Virus record (IMG/VR): IMGVR_UViG_3300046490_000096
Coordinates: 1-64,000 of that record
Length of the DNA: 64,000 nt
DNA from: a virus
Taxonomy: Duplodnaviria > Caudoviricetes
Strand: one strand, 5' to 3'
Shown here one piece after another: positions 19,182 through 29,423 of this stretch (position 1 is the first letter of the stretch; the number at the start of each line of letters is the position of its first letter). The notes beneath the pieces were generated by a model. It ran no database searches and was not told where the DNA came from. It saw only the letters and a list, made by a program, of their open reading frames with translations. The position numbers and the translations under genes are program-made.

Positions 19182-21400
19182 GGTTGGCCCTTCTGCGCCG
19201 CTGCGCCTGCGTCCTCTTTGAGCTGGGCACTCTTCTTGGCGTCCGCCGAGGTCTTTGCCGCCTTCTTCCCTGGCTTCTTGAGCTTACGCCGGTCGTTCAT
19301 GTCCCGGCTTTCCTGGTTCATTCCGGACGGGTCGTTGTCGCTCATGAAGTTGACCAGCTCCATGGTAGCCGAGAATCCGCCGCTGGAGCCGTCTTCGGCC
19401 GAGCACTTCACCTTGATACTGCGAACGTAGAAGATGTCCGGAATCTTGGCCGCATTGTAGGCTCGCTGGATTCGCTGTACCACCAAGTCGATGGGAGCCG
19501 ATGACGTGGCGGACATCGTGGACAGCCAGTTGCCCCAGCGTGATTGCTGCTGGCGAATCAGTGCCCCGATGTTGTTTCCCTTGGAACCGTAGAAGTCCGA
19601 CAGCGTCGAGATGATGAGGTTGCCATCCTTCTGGCTGGCTACGGTCACGCGCACGGGAGTGCCCGCGCACAGGCGCATGATGTCGGGGTCGGCGTTCTCG
19701 TTCACCACTAGGTTCTGTCGCTCCAAGCTCGCCACCGGATCCATGTAGCTGGACAGGTCGTCGGTTTCGAGCTCGATGGAAAGCTCGGCCCGTGTGAGCT
19801 GGTGGTAGATGGCAACCGCCGCGTCCTCGAGCTGCTTGATCGTCCTCACCCCCTGAAGCACGAACGTCCGGACGATGTCGACCTTGCCCCCACCCTTGCC
19901 GGTTTGCTTTCGCGCTTTTCCCGTGGGCTTCTTGGCGCCCTTGGCTGCGGAGTGGATGTCCTTGCCCGTCACCGGGAACCGCGCCTTCATCACACGCAAC
20001 GCTGCGGAGGCGTCTGGGTTGTAGGCCCGCACCTCGACGGCGGTCGGCCGCGTGCGCCCCATCTTGCGGGAGAGCTTCATCGACTTGATGTTGTGCCCCC
20101 ACACCATGAAGCGGACATCGGATGTCCAGGCAGGGGCGTCGCCATCCTTGAACGAGCGATTGAAGCGATCTCGCGAGCCGCCCTTCACGCGAATGTGGTC
20201 GTCCGTGATGTCGTCCAGAAACCCCTGTGGCGGAGTCAGCAAGTAGTAATTGCCAATGTCGTTCTTCGGGCCGAACGTGACCACGGTCTTCCCGCCGTCC
20301 ATGGAGCCGGTGAGCGGTGGATCTTTGTCGGTGGTTACCGCCGACAGGGCCGGCTGGTAGAGCGGCATGCACCCGCACAGTTCGCACGCCTGCACGATGA
20401 GATCCAAGATGCTCATTCCGTCGGGCGTAACAGACTTCGGAGGCATTGAAGACTGGCCGTTCTGGGCGCTGTCTCCGATCCCCTCGGCGTCGACCTGAGT
20501 GCCTGGCTCCTCGGTTTGCGGAGGGGGCTCTTGCCCCGGCTGCGCGCCGTTGGACTGGTTGCGGCTCTTGGCGCTCTGGAGCGAGCGGAGCAGGTCTTTC
20601 CGTCCGAGCTTAGGCTCTGTCGCTGGGTCGGCGGCGAACCACACAGCCTTGAACGGATCCCCTCCAGCATCCCCCGAGGTGGGAGGGTACTGCGACAGGA
20701 TGCGGTTGACGTAGGTCGTGAGGAACTCCTCGCTGCCCTTGGGCGAGTAGGCCGGCGCATGCGGATTGATCTTCCCGTCGATGAGCGTCGCCTCATAGCT
20801 CCTGGCCTTGATATGGATCGAGGCTTCGTTGTCCGAGTGGCTCATCTCGGGCATGTCGACGTAGCCGTTGAACCGGCGAATGCAGGTCTTCGATGGGTTG
20901 GGCTTCAGGTGCCAGTTGTCCGGCGTGCCGAACTCCTCTGCGCTCACCGTTCCAAGCCAACCCTCAACCCGGCACTCTCGAATGATACGCGGGTCCAGAG
21001 GCATGTCGACGAAGGGGAAGGTTGCCGTGAGCACGTCCGCCTCTCGAAATCCGCGGTCTTCGATTTCGATCTCGCTGGGCACGGTGATGAACTGGATCGA
21101 AAACTCGTCGCCCTTCTTGCCGTCCACCGCTGCGCCTCTTGGCAGCCTGGCCTTCTGGGCCACGAGGTTGCGATTCGTCGCTCGGAGCTTCGCCGCGTAC
21201 CCCATGGACGAAGTGAAGGCCGCTTCTTCCTCGGTGATCTGGTGTTCGTTCTTGGCGATCTGGGCGTCGATTTCTTTCGCCTTGGTGGCGTAGGGTTTGT
21301 CCCCGGTGTTTTCCGTGGAATCGTCGGCTGCACCGAAGTCCTCAAGTCGAACGTACAACTGCAAGAACCACGCGGGTCGGTAGTGTCTAGCCTCCGGCAT
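19178..21400 (-). CDS. Baseplate hub / late-control D-like protein
   Basis: 740 aa between the LysM-like gene and the spike; RFNGYVD and FYVRSIKVKCS motifs. Confidence 0.7.
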   Translation of the reverse strand: MPEARHYRPAWFLQLYVRLEDFGAADDSTENTGDKPYATKAKEIDAQIAKNEHQITEEEAAFTSSMGYAAKLRATNRNLVAQKARLPRGAAVDGKKGDEFSIQFITVPSEIEIEDRGFREADVLTATFPFVDMPLDPRIIRECRVEGWLGTVSAEEFGTPDNWHLKPNPSKTCIRRFNGYVDMPEMSHSDNEASIHIKARSYEATLIDGKINPHAPAYSPKGSEEFLTTYVNRILSQYPPTSGDAGGDPFKAVWFAADPATEPKLGRKDLLRSLQSAKSRNQSNGAQPGQEPPPQTEEPGTQVDAEGIGDSAQNGQSSMPPKSVTPDGMSILDLIVQACELCGCMPLYQPALSAVTTDKDPPLTGSMDGGKTVVTFGPKNDIGNYYLLTPPQGFLDDITDDHIRVKGGSRDRFNRSFKDGDAPAWTSDVRFMVWGHNIKSMKLSRKMGRTRPTAVEVRAYNPDASAALRVMKARFPVTGKDIHSAAKGAKKPTGKARKQTGKGGGKVDIVRTFVLQGVRTIKQLEDAAVAIYHQLTRAELSIELETDDLSSYMDPVASLERQNLVVNENADPDIMRLCAGTPVRVTVASQKDGNLIISTLSDFYGSKGNNIGALIRQQQSRWGNWLSTMSATSSAPIDLVVQRIQRAYNAAKIPDIFYVRSIKVKCSAEDGSSGGFSATMELVNFMSDNDPSGMNQESRDMNDRRKLKKPGKKAAKTSADAKKSAQLKEDAGAAAQKGQP

Positions 21401-22667
21401 TGACCTGCTCCGCGCCCCATAAACTTGCCATCATGGCAGCGTAGGCCGTTGGGTCCGGGATCAGGATGGGCGGGGCTCCTGTGTCGCTCGGACCCGTGGG
21501 CGCGGCTTGGACCTCGCTTGTATCCATGTCGTTCATGTCAGCGATAAGCACCCACATGTCAGGATCGCCCCATCGCCGGAACGCTTCGTCGCGCAGGTCG
21601 CTCCCCGCCGGCGGCCGAATTTCCGCAACCACAAGCGGGTGAATCTGGGCCGCCAGCGCCGCGGCCTGTCTGACGCAAGCCTCGGCCTGGGCGTCGGTGG
21701 TCTGCATGATGCCGAACTGCTGGTTCATGCCGTCCATCTGCGCCAGCGGGTCGTCGGTAGGGAATAGGGCTAGCTTCGCTTCCTTGGCTTGCTGGCCGGC
21801 GAACATGGAGGCTTTGATCCATTCCTGGCCCGTGAGTCCCTCGGCAACCGGCCAAAGCCCTGCGACAGCATCGTATGCGGCCCGGACGTTCATGCAAGTC
21901 CCCACCACCCGAGCGCACGCCCCGCGCACGCGCTCCATGACACTGGCAGGAAGCTCGGCGCCGTCTTGGATGACTCCGGCCGCATAGTCCAGCTCGGTCA
22001 TGGCATTGGCAAAGGCGCTCTGAGCATCGTCGAGGGTGCCGTTGACGAACGCCATGGCTCCGGTGCCGGTCGAGATGAAGCGCTCAATCGACTCCTGCCA
22101 GCTCGCAATCTCGCCGGACGTTTCCTCGAGCGAGCTTGCCAGAAACCCGAATTCGTCGATCTTGGTGGCCATGGCCGACGGTCCGGCCGCAAAGGTTGGC
22201 GTCTGGGTCTGGAGTGCCTCGCCCTTCCATTCGAACGTGATGGACCACTCGACGATCTGGGCGATCTCCCACTTGGGATCGATGCTCTTGATGATCCCCC
22301 GGCGAGTGATCCCGACGTCGTTGAAGTCACCCGTGGCGCCTCCGCCCCAGCGAACCTCGACGGGGAACCCATGCTCGACCACGTACTCGATTTGCCGCAC
22401 GAGAGCCCGCGCGTTTCCGGGCCCAAGGGCGGCGTCGTACCAGACACCGTTGATCGTGGTGTCGTCCTTCGTCGAACCAAAGACCTGCTGCGTTCCCACG
22501 GGGTTTCCAGGGTAATAGGTGGTCTTTGAGCGCATCTTGGTGGGGAATCTCGCCCCCTTGAACGGAAGCATGGTCCCCACGAGCTCAAGCGTGGTGGTCT
22601 TGTCCGCGTCCCCGAGGTTGCCTTCGAGAATCTGAATCGCAAAGCTCGTGGCCTGGGAGTCAGCCAT
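21387..22667 (-). CDS. Tail tube initiator with C-terminal LysM-like domain
   Basis: Follows the tape measure; SDLRDEAFRRWGDPDMWVLIADMN is LysM-like. Confidence 0.7.
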   Translation of the reverse strand: MADSQATSFAIQILEGNLGDADKTTTLELVGTMLPFKGARFPTKMRSKTTYYPGNPVGTQQVFGSTKDDTTINGVWYDAALGPGNARALVRQIEYVVEHGFPVEVRWGGGATGDFNDVGITRRGIIKSIDPKWEIAQIVEWSITFEWKGEALQTQTPTFAAGPSAMATKIDEFGFLASSLEETSGEIASWQESIERFISTGTGAMAFVNGTLDDAQSAFANAMTELDYAAGVIQDGAELPASVMERVRGACARVVGTCMNVRAAYDAVAGLWPVAEGLTGQEWIKASMFAGQQAKEAKLALFPTDDPLAQMDGMNQQFGIMQTTDAQAEACVRQAAALAAQIHPLVVAEIRPPAGSDLRDEAFRRWGDPDMWVLIADMNDMDTSEVQAAPTGPSDTGAPPILIPDPTAYAAMMASLWGAEQVNAGG

Positions 22668-24502
22668 CAGACGCCTCCCCTCACGTGCAGTCGGCTCGTC
22701 CCGGGACTGTTCGCCAGCCCGGAGATCTCATTCGTGACCTTGTGGAAGACGCGGTCGGGGTCGGCCTCTTTGAAGTCCTGGGTGATGGTCAGGTTCTGGA
22801 TGTTGACGTTTCCAGAGCCGGGATGCTTTCGCTTATTAGGATCGAATTCCTTCTCCCCGGCGAAGAGGGCCGCCGAATATTCGTTCATAGCTGCCGCGAT
22901 TTCGCGCCCGATTTCCGTGGGCGCGGCAGCCAGTCCTCCAGCCGTGGTCTTGTGGACCATCTGCGGCATGAGATAGTTCATCTGGCGCACCATGGCCATG
23001 GCCGTTTCGGAGGGAAGAGCCGCTAGCATCCCGCCCACTCCCTCGGCAGTGAACTTCTGTCCCTGCTTCATGCCCATGGCAGCAAAGGCAGACTTCATGC
23101 TCGCCGTCGCGACCTCACGCGACTCCGCCCCGCGCCCGCCCTGAAGGGCCTTTACCGAGCGTTCGAAGTTATGGGTTGCCGTCAGAAACGCTCCGGCGTT
23201 TCGCCCCTTCTGCAGTCCCTCGGTTTGCTTCGAGTCGATCCACTTGGCCAGCCCATCGGCTGCCACGTAGAGTCCTCCGAGCGCCTCGGTCACCATGAGC
23301 GCCTTCCCAGCGAGGCCAGCCAGCTTGCCGATAGTGTCGCTCATGCCGGGGCGAAGTGTCGCAGCCATCTCGGCGCCGACCTTGCCGGCAATCCCCGATC
23401 CGTTCACGTTCACCACGGAGGCCGTAACATTCATCGCCCCCACCGCGCCGAGTGCTCCGGCCACCCCGCCCGCCGATCCACCTTTGGACGCCATTCCGGC
23501 GAGGGCGCCGGACAGCTTTGAGGCGGCGAACATTCCCAGCAGGATCTTCCAATGGCTGGCGATGAACACTGTCGCGGACTTGATCGTATTGAAGGCCGAC
23601 GCCACCTTCTCTCCGTAGATGGTCACGAGGCTCTTTCCGTCCTCTTTGACCGTGCGAATTTTCTGCACCCATTCGCTCAAGCTCTTGGACTGCTCCCGAA
23701 AAATAGGGCCTCCCAAGTCTTCGAGCATCTTGTTGACCAAGGCGTGGGCTTCGAACATGGAGCCTGCCATATTGTCGCCGACCTTCTGCGCGACAGGGAC
23801 CATGCCCTTGAGCCCCTTCTCAAGCTTTTTGAACATCTCCTCTGTGTTGACCGCACCCTTCATCTTCTTGCCCGCCGAGCTGATGTCGAGAGCTTCCTTC
23901 ATGGCCATTTGGAACGGCCCGAATCCGCGAATCCTCCCGGTCATCATGGCGCGGGTTACAGTCGAAACCGCTTCGCTTCCAGAGATGCCGTAGACCTTGG
24001 CCGCAGCGGTCATCTCCTCGGTCAGCTCGACGACCTGCTTTTGGTTCATTCCTAGCTTGCTGTAGCCGAGAGCTGCAACCTGGCTGAACGTCTGGCCCAG
24101 TTCTTCCAACGGCGTGCGGAGTTTGACCTCCATTCCCTCAAGCTCTTCCGTAATGTCGGAGGCTTGCTTCATGGAGTGGGTCATCTTGTCGATTTGCGAG
24201 ATGCCAGGCCTCCACCCCTGGAAACCGAACTGAGCACCCGCCACGCTCTTGCGGACTCGGTCCATTTCGAGGTTGGCTTCCTTGGCCTTCTCATAGACAG
24301 AGTGCAGACCAAAACCCAGCCCCATGGCGGCGAGAGAGCCCATCGCGAACTCTCGCACCGTCTCCCCGACCTTCTCCCTGGCGCCCTCCGCCGCGTGCTT
24401 GACCCGCTCGAAAGCGTGTCCGATCTTCTCGCCGACAGACGACGCGTTGACATCGGTGGCCCGGAATTCGAGGCCTTCTACGTGGGTGGAATTCTCGCTC
24501 AT
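22667..24502 (-). CDS. Tape measure protein
   Basis: 611 aa, A/G-rich helical with hydrophobic segments; directly after the tail chaperone. Confidence 0.85.
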   Translation of the reverse strand: MSENSTHVEGLEFRATDVNASSVGEKIGHAFERVKHAAEGAREKVGETVREFAMGSLAAMGLGFGLHSVYEKAKEANLEMDRVRKSVAGAQFGFQGWRPGISQIDKMTHSMKQASDITEELEGMEVKLRTPLEELGQTFSQVAALGYSKLGMNQKQVVELTEEMTAAAKVYGISGSEAVSTVTRAMMTGRIRGFGPFQMAMKEALDISSAGKKMKGAVNTEEMFKKLEKGLKGMVPVAQKVGDNMAGSMFEAHALVNKMLEDLGGPIFREQSKSLSEWVQKIRTVKEDGKSLVTIYGEKVASAFNTIKSATVFIASHWKILLGMFAASKLSGALAGMASKGGSAGGVAGALGAVGAMNVTASVVNVNGSGIAGKVGAEMAATLRPGMSDTIGKLAGLAGKALMVTEALGGLYVAADGLAKWIDSKQTEGLQKGRNAGAFLTATHNFERSVKALQGGRGAESREVATASMKSAFAAMGMKQGQKFTAEGVGGMLAALPSETAMAMVRQMNYLMPQMVHKTTAGGLAAAPTEIGREIAAAMNEYSAALFAGEKEFDPNKRKHPGSGNVNIQNLTITQDFKEADPDRVFHKVTNEISGLANSPGTSRLHVRGGV

Positions 24503-24696
24503 CCGGATCTGCCTGCCTTGTTTTCCTGTTCAATGCACCATTCGAGTGCTTTTGCGAATTCCTCCGCCTGCGCCGATGTCAGCCTAGCTATCTCTGATAG
24601 TGGTTGGTGTCCGTTCCTTGCTACAAAAGCGATGTTGCGCCAGAGCGTCTGCCTGTGCTTCTCTAGTCGACGGTCACTTTCTCGCTGGCTAAAAAA
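24499..24696 (-). CDS. Tail assembly chaperone -1 frameshift extension (gpGT-like)
   Basis: Slippery T-TTT-TTA at 24690-24696; the -1 frame is open (SQRESDRR..LWRNIAFVAR..GRSG) to a TGA overlapping the tape-measure ATG. Confidence 0.75.
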   Translation of the reverse strand, partial: FFSQRESDRRLEKHRQTLWRNIAFVARNGHQPLSEIARLTSAQAEEFAKALEWCIEQENKAGRSG

Positions 24697-25091
24697 GCGG
24701 TCGTTGCCCCAACGGTCGGCAGCGAAATGGCGGAGAACCCGCGAAGGATCAGCTCACGACATGCCTGGCTGAGCCCAGCAAAGAAGGTTTCCTTCTCGTT
24801 GTTCGTCCAGGTGATGTTCTTGCCATCCGCCGACACGAGGGCACGCAGAGCCCCTTCGTATTGGTAGGGAGTCTTGCGAGTCTCGGACGCCTGCAGCGCC
24901 TGCAGCTCTTCCGCGTAGGTCAACTGGCGCATCGTCACAGTCACAGGATCGGTGGCCAGCTCGCGCACGCCCTTCTGAAGGAGGTTGCCCTTGTCATCCC
25001 GGATGTCGTCCGGAATCGTGAAGGTGTGCTTCGGAATCTTTCCCAGGAGCGTCTGCTCGATGCTCCCCGGATTCGCAAGGTTCTCGGCCAT
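24663..25091 (-). CDS. Tail assembly chaperone
   Basis: Between tube and tape measure; VTMRQLTYAEEL motif. Confidence 0.8.
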   Translation of the reverse strand: MAENLANPGSIEQTLLGKIPKHTFTIPDDIRDDKGNLLQKGVRELATDPVTVTMRQLTYAEELQALQASETRKTPYQYEGALRALVSADGKNITWTNNEKETFFAGLSQACRELILRGFSAISLPTVGATTAFLASEKVTVD

Positions 25092-25118
25092 GATGTTCTC
25101 TCCCTCTGTTGGCCCAGC

Positions 25119-25559
25119 TTAGAAGCTGGGAATGTAGCTGGTAGCCTTCCAAGAAAACGCCATGGTCGCGAAGCTGTCGCGGCCAGAGGCGTTGAAGTCG
25201 CCCACGGTTTCGTAGTGGGTGTCCGGGAATGTGATGCGGAACAGGTTCCCGCTGGGAAACTGCAACCGAATCCCGAGATTGATCTGGACGTCCCGCGGCC
25301 CGGCCTGGCGCGCACGCTGGTAAATCTGATTCTGCAGCGTGAAGGGCGCGACGTTCTCCGGGACGATGTTGAACGAGCCCGAGCACTCCTCGAAGATTTC
25401 CCGCTGACGGTTCCCGGGCTCTCCCAGGTAGCCCTCGGAGATGAGCTTCACGCCCAGTTTCCAGGTCAAGTCCTTGATCGTGGTGATCTCACTGAGCAGA
25501 ACACCGCTACTCGTCACCCGGAGGGTAATTTCGTTGCCAAGAATTCGGAAATCGGCCAT
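25119..25559 (-). CDS. Tail tube protein
   Basis: 146 aa, beta-rich, immediately after the sheath. Confidence 0.8.
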   Translation of the reverse strand: MADFRILGNEITLRVTSSGVLLSEITTIKDLTWKLGVKLISEGYLGEPGNRQREIFEECSGSFNIVPENVAPFTLQNQIYQRARQAGPRDVQINLGIRLQFPSGNLFRITFPDTHYETVGDFNASGRDSFATMAFSWKATSYIPSF

Positions 25560-25571
25560 GGGAGAGTCTCC

Positions 25572-27431
25572 TTATGCGATCTGGGTGATCACGACGTTAG
25601 GCCCGATGGCCGACTTGATGACGATAGCCTTCATCGATCCGAACATCACGATCGAGAGCTGGAAGAAGAAGATTCCCTGGGCGTTGATCTTCTGGGTGTT
25701 GCCCGCCGCCGCCCCGTCAAGGACCTGGTAGTCGGACGCGCGAGCGGCGATGCCAGGCGCCGGGTTCACGAGCTGGTCGCAGTATGCCTTCATGTCGCCC
25801 GTGAAGGCGTCCTGCCTCTCGGTGATGCCTGGGAGCTTGGAATAGGCCGCGGCTAGTCCGGCGATCACATCCTGAACCTCGTCCGCAAAAGAGCGGCGAT
25901 TGTCGTCGATGCGGTTGGCGTAGATACTCGTCGGGTCTGCCCCGGTCAGACCAGAGTAGAACCACCATCCCGCGGCCCGGTCCTTGACGAGCCACGAGAT
26001 ACGCGCCGCCTTCATAGTTACGTAGTCCGCCTCAAGAAGTGGCGTCGCGGCGAAGGCTGGCTCTTGGGCGTCGATGTTTTGGATAGTGGAGTTGTAGGGG
26101 GTTCCGACCGAGGTCAGGAATTCCGAACGCCCATCGTTGAAGAGGTTGACCTTCATGGCCGCGCGAGTGCCGCACGAGCTGATGGTGATGTCCCGGTTGA
26201 GTTCCGTCGAAAACACCTGCACGTAGGGGCCCGACGCCCAGTATCGATCAGCGTCCGCCCCGACAACGGAGTCGGACGACATGAGGCCAAGGTAGACCGC
26301 CTTCTCGGCGATCTGTTCGGTCGCAGTGGCGGACTTGGCGGCCAGTCCGGTCACGCAAGCTACTCGGCCGCGTCCGATGGCGCTGGAGTCCTTGGCGTTC
26401 GTCCACAGGCTCGTCCGCATGTGCGACGGGGTGACACTGGACATCTTGTAGTTTCTGGCCGACCAAATCGCGACGATGTCGTTCGTCGAGTCGATCCCGG
26501 GCTGCATCGACACGATGGCCGCTGCGTAGGTGGAAGCGTTGCAATCCGCGAGAGTGGAAGGCGTGGCGCCTCCACCCGATGCCGCGTAAACGTCCGCCGC
26601 CGCCGCCGATAGGTTGATCGTTGACACGGTACCAGAAAGCACCGTTCCGCCATTCACTCCGGGCAGAGGATTCGAGACCGCCACCCCGTCGATCAGCGTG
26701 TCGATGAGGTTGGACTGCGCCGATATCGCGCCGATGGTGGTAATGGTCACGCTCTTTACGACCTTCACAAAAAATGCCGTCACGCCCATGGTGGCGCCCG
26801 TGGTGACGTAGGTCAGAATCCCGGTTGCAGGGTCTTGCGTGAAGTTGATTCCCAAGGCCAGTGTGCCAGTGCACGGAGTCCCAGCCGGAATGCGAACGGA
26901 CTGAGATGTGGCAATGATGGTCGTCGCGGTAGAGAGGGCCTGGTCGGCGAACCGAGTGCCGGCAGGAATGATGATGTCCTTGTTGGTGGCTGTTGCTCCG
27001 GTATTCAAGTCCAGAGCGTTGACCGTAAGAGAGAACGAAACGAACGCCTTGGTCACGTGGTCGATCAGGACCATGTCGGTGTCGACTCGGCGAATGCAGA
27101 GGCCGGAGAAGGTCTTGCCCTTGAGTTCCGCCCAACCGTTGCCATCGAAGGCAACGCCCGAGCCGTTCTGGTCATCCACCGCAGGATCGAAGCTGCCCTG
27201 GCTGATGAGGGTGAACTTCGTGGGGTCGTTCATGTAAAGCGTCGAGATGTCCCCCGGCGTTTCCACTACGGTCGGGAGGAACGGCCCCTGGACGAACTCG
27301 GCCACGAGCCCGGCCTTGCCCGGCTTGGAACCGGCGGGGACTGCGTTGCCTGCGCTGTCCACCGTGACGATGCGCTCTAGCTCCAGGAGCTTCTGAACGC
27401 TTGGCATGTCGGTTACGCGTAGCTGAAACAT
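25572..27431 (-). CDS. Tail sheath protein
   Basis: 619 aa; C-terminal RRSFADEVQD..YCDQL..DYQV..IVIKSAIG sheath-like motifs. Confidence 0.85.
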   Translation of the reverse strand: MFQLRVTDMPSVQKLLELERIVTVDSAGNAVPAGSKPGKAGLVAEFVQGPFLPTVVETPGDISTLYMNDPTKFTLISQGSFDPAVDDQNGSGVAFDGNGWAELKGKTFSGLCIRRVDTDMVLIDHVTKAFVSFSLTVNALDLNTGATATNKDIIIPAGTRFADQALSTATTIIATSQSVRIPAGTPCTGTLALGINFTQDPATGILTYVTTGATMGVTAFFVKVVKSVTITTIGAISAQSNLIDTLIDGVAVSNPLPGVNGGTVLSGTVSTINLSAAAADVYAASGGGATPSTLADCNASTYAAAIVSMQPGIDSTNDIVAIWSARNYKMSSVTPSHMRTSLWTNAKDSSAIGRGRVACVTGLAAKSATATEQIAEKAVYLGLMSSDSVVGADADRYWASGPYVQVFSTELNRDITISSCGTRAAMKVNLFNDGRSEFLTSVGTPYNSTIQNIDAQEPAFAATPLLEADYVTMKAARISWLVKDRAAGWWFYSGLTGADPTSIYANRIDDNRRSFADEVQDVIAGLAAAYSKLPGITERQDAFTGDMKAYCDQLVNPAPGIAARASDYQVLDGAAAGNTQKINAQGIFFFQLSIVMFGSMKAIVIKSAIGPNVVITQIA

Positions 27432-27440
27432 GGATAGCTC

Positions 27441-28079
27441 CTATGTGATGGGCGTCTCGTCGACGGACAACTTGCGAATGGTGATGGACATTGGATGCAC
27501 CGGCCCGACTTTCACCTTGGGGGCCTGGGCCGAAATCGTGAGTACCGCGTCTCGCTGTTCGCGCATCGCTTGCTCTTCAGAGTCTATCGTTCTTCCGCTC
27601 AATAGGGAATAGCGAGCCGAGAGTCCGTAGTAGGTTGGCAGGGGGAGGACGATTCGGTTCGCGGCGCCCCGCTGGCTCATGAGCACGTCCGGATCTTGGA
27701 AGGAATCCTCGAGGCCCTGGATAAGCTGGTCGCGCTCTTCCGACGTGGTGGCCCTGAGCGACAGCTCCAGCTCCACCTCGGCCTCGGAAGTTTGGTAGAG
27801 TCCCCATCCGTCTCCACCCTTGGGCTCCCAGGTGTTCTCGAGCAGGGTTGGGGTCAGCAAGGCGTCGCCGTACTTCCACGAGCCCGGAAGAACGCAGGCC
27901 GACGGATCGACCGTCCGCTGTAGGTAGTGTGGCCAGCGGTCGAAGACCTGGGCGAACTTCACCGTGGTGCCGTCGTCCAGATCCCAAGACAGCCCCGCCA
28001 CGTAGGCAGCCAGCGCCGAGGCCATGGCGCCGCGGATGCTTTGGGTAGCCTTGAGGGAGAAGTCTTCCCTGGCGAGCAT
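27441..28079 (-). CDS. Tail terminator/completion protein
   Basis: Real start MLAREDF at 28079 (the track over-extends it); position before the sheath. Confidence 0.65.
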   Translation of the reverse strand: MLAREDFSLKATQSIRGAMASALAAYVAGLSWDLDDGTTVKFAQVFDRWPHYLQRTVDPSACVLPGSWKYGDALLTPTLLENTWEPKGGDGWGLYQTSEAEVELELSLRATTSEERDQLIQGLEDSFQDPDVLMSQRGAANRIVLPLPTYYGLSARYSLLSGRTIDSEEQAMREQRDAVLTISAQAPKVKVGPVHPMSITIRKLSVDETPIT

Positions 28080-28555
28080 CAGCCACCCATCGCTCGGTTG
28101 ACGTTCTTGAACACGAGAGGAACGAGGCGATTCTTGGTCCGCTTGAGCACAAACATGCCCGGCGTGCCCTCGAAGAGAATCTTCAAGGCAACCGCCCAGG
28201 CGATGCCCATTGCAGAGTGCTCGTCGGCTCCGAACTTGCGCCCGGCCCACCGAGCCAGCGCCGTGACGGGCGGCATGGTGCCAGGGCGACGGCCGCGCTC
28301 GATGACCGATGCCTTTGGGTCGGCGTTGTAGAGTCGAGCTCCATCGGGCAGTTCTGCGTACTTCCATCCCCTCCGGTAGTCGCCGCGGTCGACGGGCTTG
28401 TGAGGCTGGGTGTTGTCGATTTCTTCCTGAACGATCTGCTGCCCGGCCACGTAGACCGTGCGCCGAATCGCCGAGATGACAGCGTCCTTGCGCCCGCCCA
28501 CGAGCTTCCCGGCCCACTCGGGGAGGCTGGCAATGTTGACCTTGTAGGTGCCCAT
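28079..28555 (-). CDS. Tail completion protein (HK97 gp10-like)
   Basis: PVDRGDYRRGW and VIERGRRPGTMPP..LARW motifs; start MGTYK at 28555. Confidence 0.8.
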   Translation of the reverse strand: MGTYKVNIASLPEWAGKLVGGRKDAVISAIRRTVYVAGQQIVQEEIDNTQPHKPVDRGDYRRGWKYAELPDGARLYNADPKASVIERGRRPGTMPPVTALARWAGRKFGADEHSAMGIAWAVALKILFEGTPGMFVLKRTKNRLVPLVFKNVNRAMGG

Positions 28556-29160
28556 CAAGACACCGTCCGGTTGAACGTCTGTCCCCTCGACCTGTCTCCG
28601 GCTTGCTTGGTGAGGTTGACCGTCCAATGCACGGTCTTGCGCGTGGGTACGCCCTCGACCGTGTACCGGCGAGGGACGGGCGGCGGGTAGGCGTTGGTAA
28701 CCTGGACCACTTCCCAGAAGAACTGCCCGTTCGCAATCCCCGTGCGGGTCATCGTCGGCTCCACGAGGTCAGGGGTCTTCCCGGTCAGGTCGTCCTCGGT
28801 GAAGCTGGTCGAAATCTCATCGACGGTGATCCCGCCCTCTTCCGTGAGGCCGAACGAGCGCAGCACGCCGAGGGTACTGGACATGTCTCGAATCTTCGGA
28901 GTGGGCAGAATCTCGCGCCGGCTAATTTCGCTGGGATGCCCCGAGCCGACCACGGGCCCGGACCAAACCACGTGCACCAGGAACACGCGATACCGGCGCA
29001 CTCCAAGCTTGGTGTTGAGCTGGCGGATCCGGTCGGCCATGGGGGCCAGCCTATCCGCCAGGGTGTTCCCTACCTCGTGCGCACGAAGCGGACGCACCTG
29101 GCCCGTCTGCACCGGCCTATCGGCCGCAGGCGTTCCAGATCGCGTCCGGTCGTTGGGCAT
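28555..29160 (-). CDS. Head-tail adaptor/closure protein
   Basis: 201 aa in the neck region, beta-rich. Confidence 0.6.
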   Translation of the reverse strand: MPNDRTRSGTPAADRPVQTGQVRPLRAHEVGNTLADRLAPMADRIRQLNTKLGVRRYRVFLVHVVWSGPVVGSGHPSEISRREILPTPKIRDMSSTLGVLRSFGLTEEGGITVDEISTSFTEDDLTGKTPDLVEPTMTRTGIANGQFFWEVVQVTNAYPPPVPRRYTVEGVPTRKTVHWTVNLTKQAGDRSRGQTFNRTVS

Positions 29161-29171
29161 TCCTCACCGGG

Positions 29172-29411
29172 TTAGGTGATTACGCCCAGCGCGTTGTACC
29201 ACACACCAAGGTCCCCTCCGCTGTAGTTATACGCCGCATCATCGGTGTTCCAAATCCCGAAGCCAGCCGGGAAGGTTTTCTCGGTCGGAGTCGGGCGGGT
29301 GGCATCGGTGAAAACGTACCGCTGCCACACCACCATTTCGTTGCGCTCGCGGGTGCGGAACTGCCCCTGGCCGAGGCTCTCGATGATGAAGGTCGTCGTT
29401 TTGATGGCCAT
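29172..29411 (-). CDS. Small hypothetical virion protein
   Basis: 79 aa with GGAG RBS, co-linear in the late operon. Confidence 0.55.
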   Translation of the reverse strand: MAIKTTTFIIESLGQGQFRTRERNEMVVWQRYVFTDATRPTPTEKTFPAGFGIWNTDDAAYNYSGGDLGVWYNALGVIT

Positions 29412-29423
29412 GGTGGATCTCCG

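Noticed and set aside
17394-19430. 678-aa plus-strand ORF; similar long antisense ORFs at 20516-21403, 31368-32666, 32676-33959 and 40021-41154
   Set aside because: Shadow ORFs opposite clear structural genes in high-GC DNA, with no recognisable motifs.
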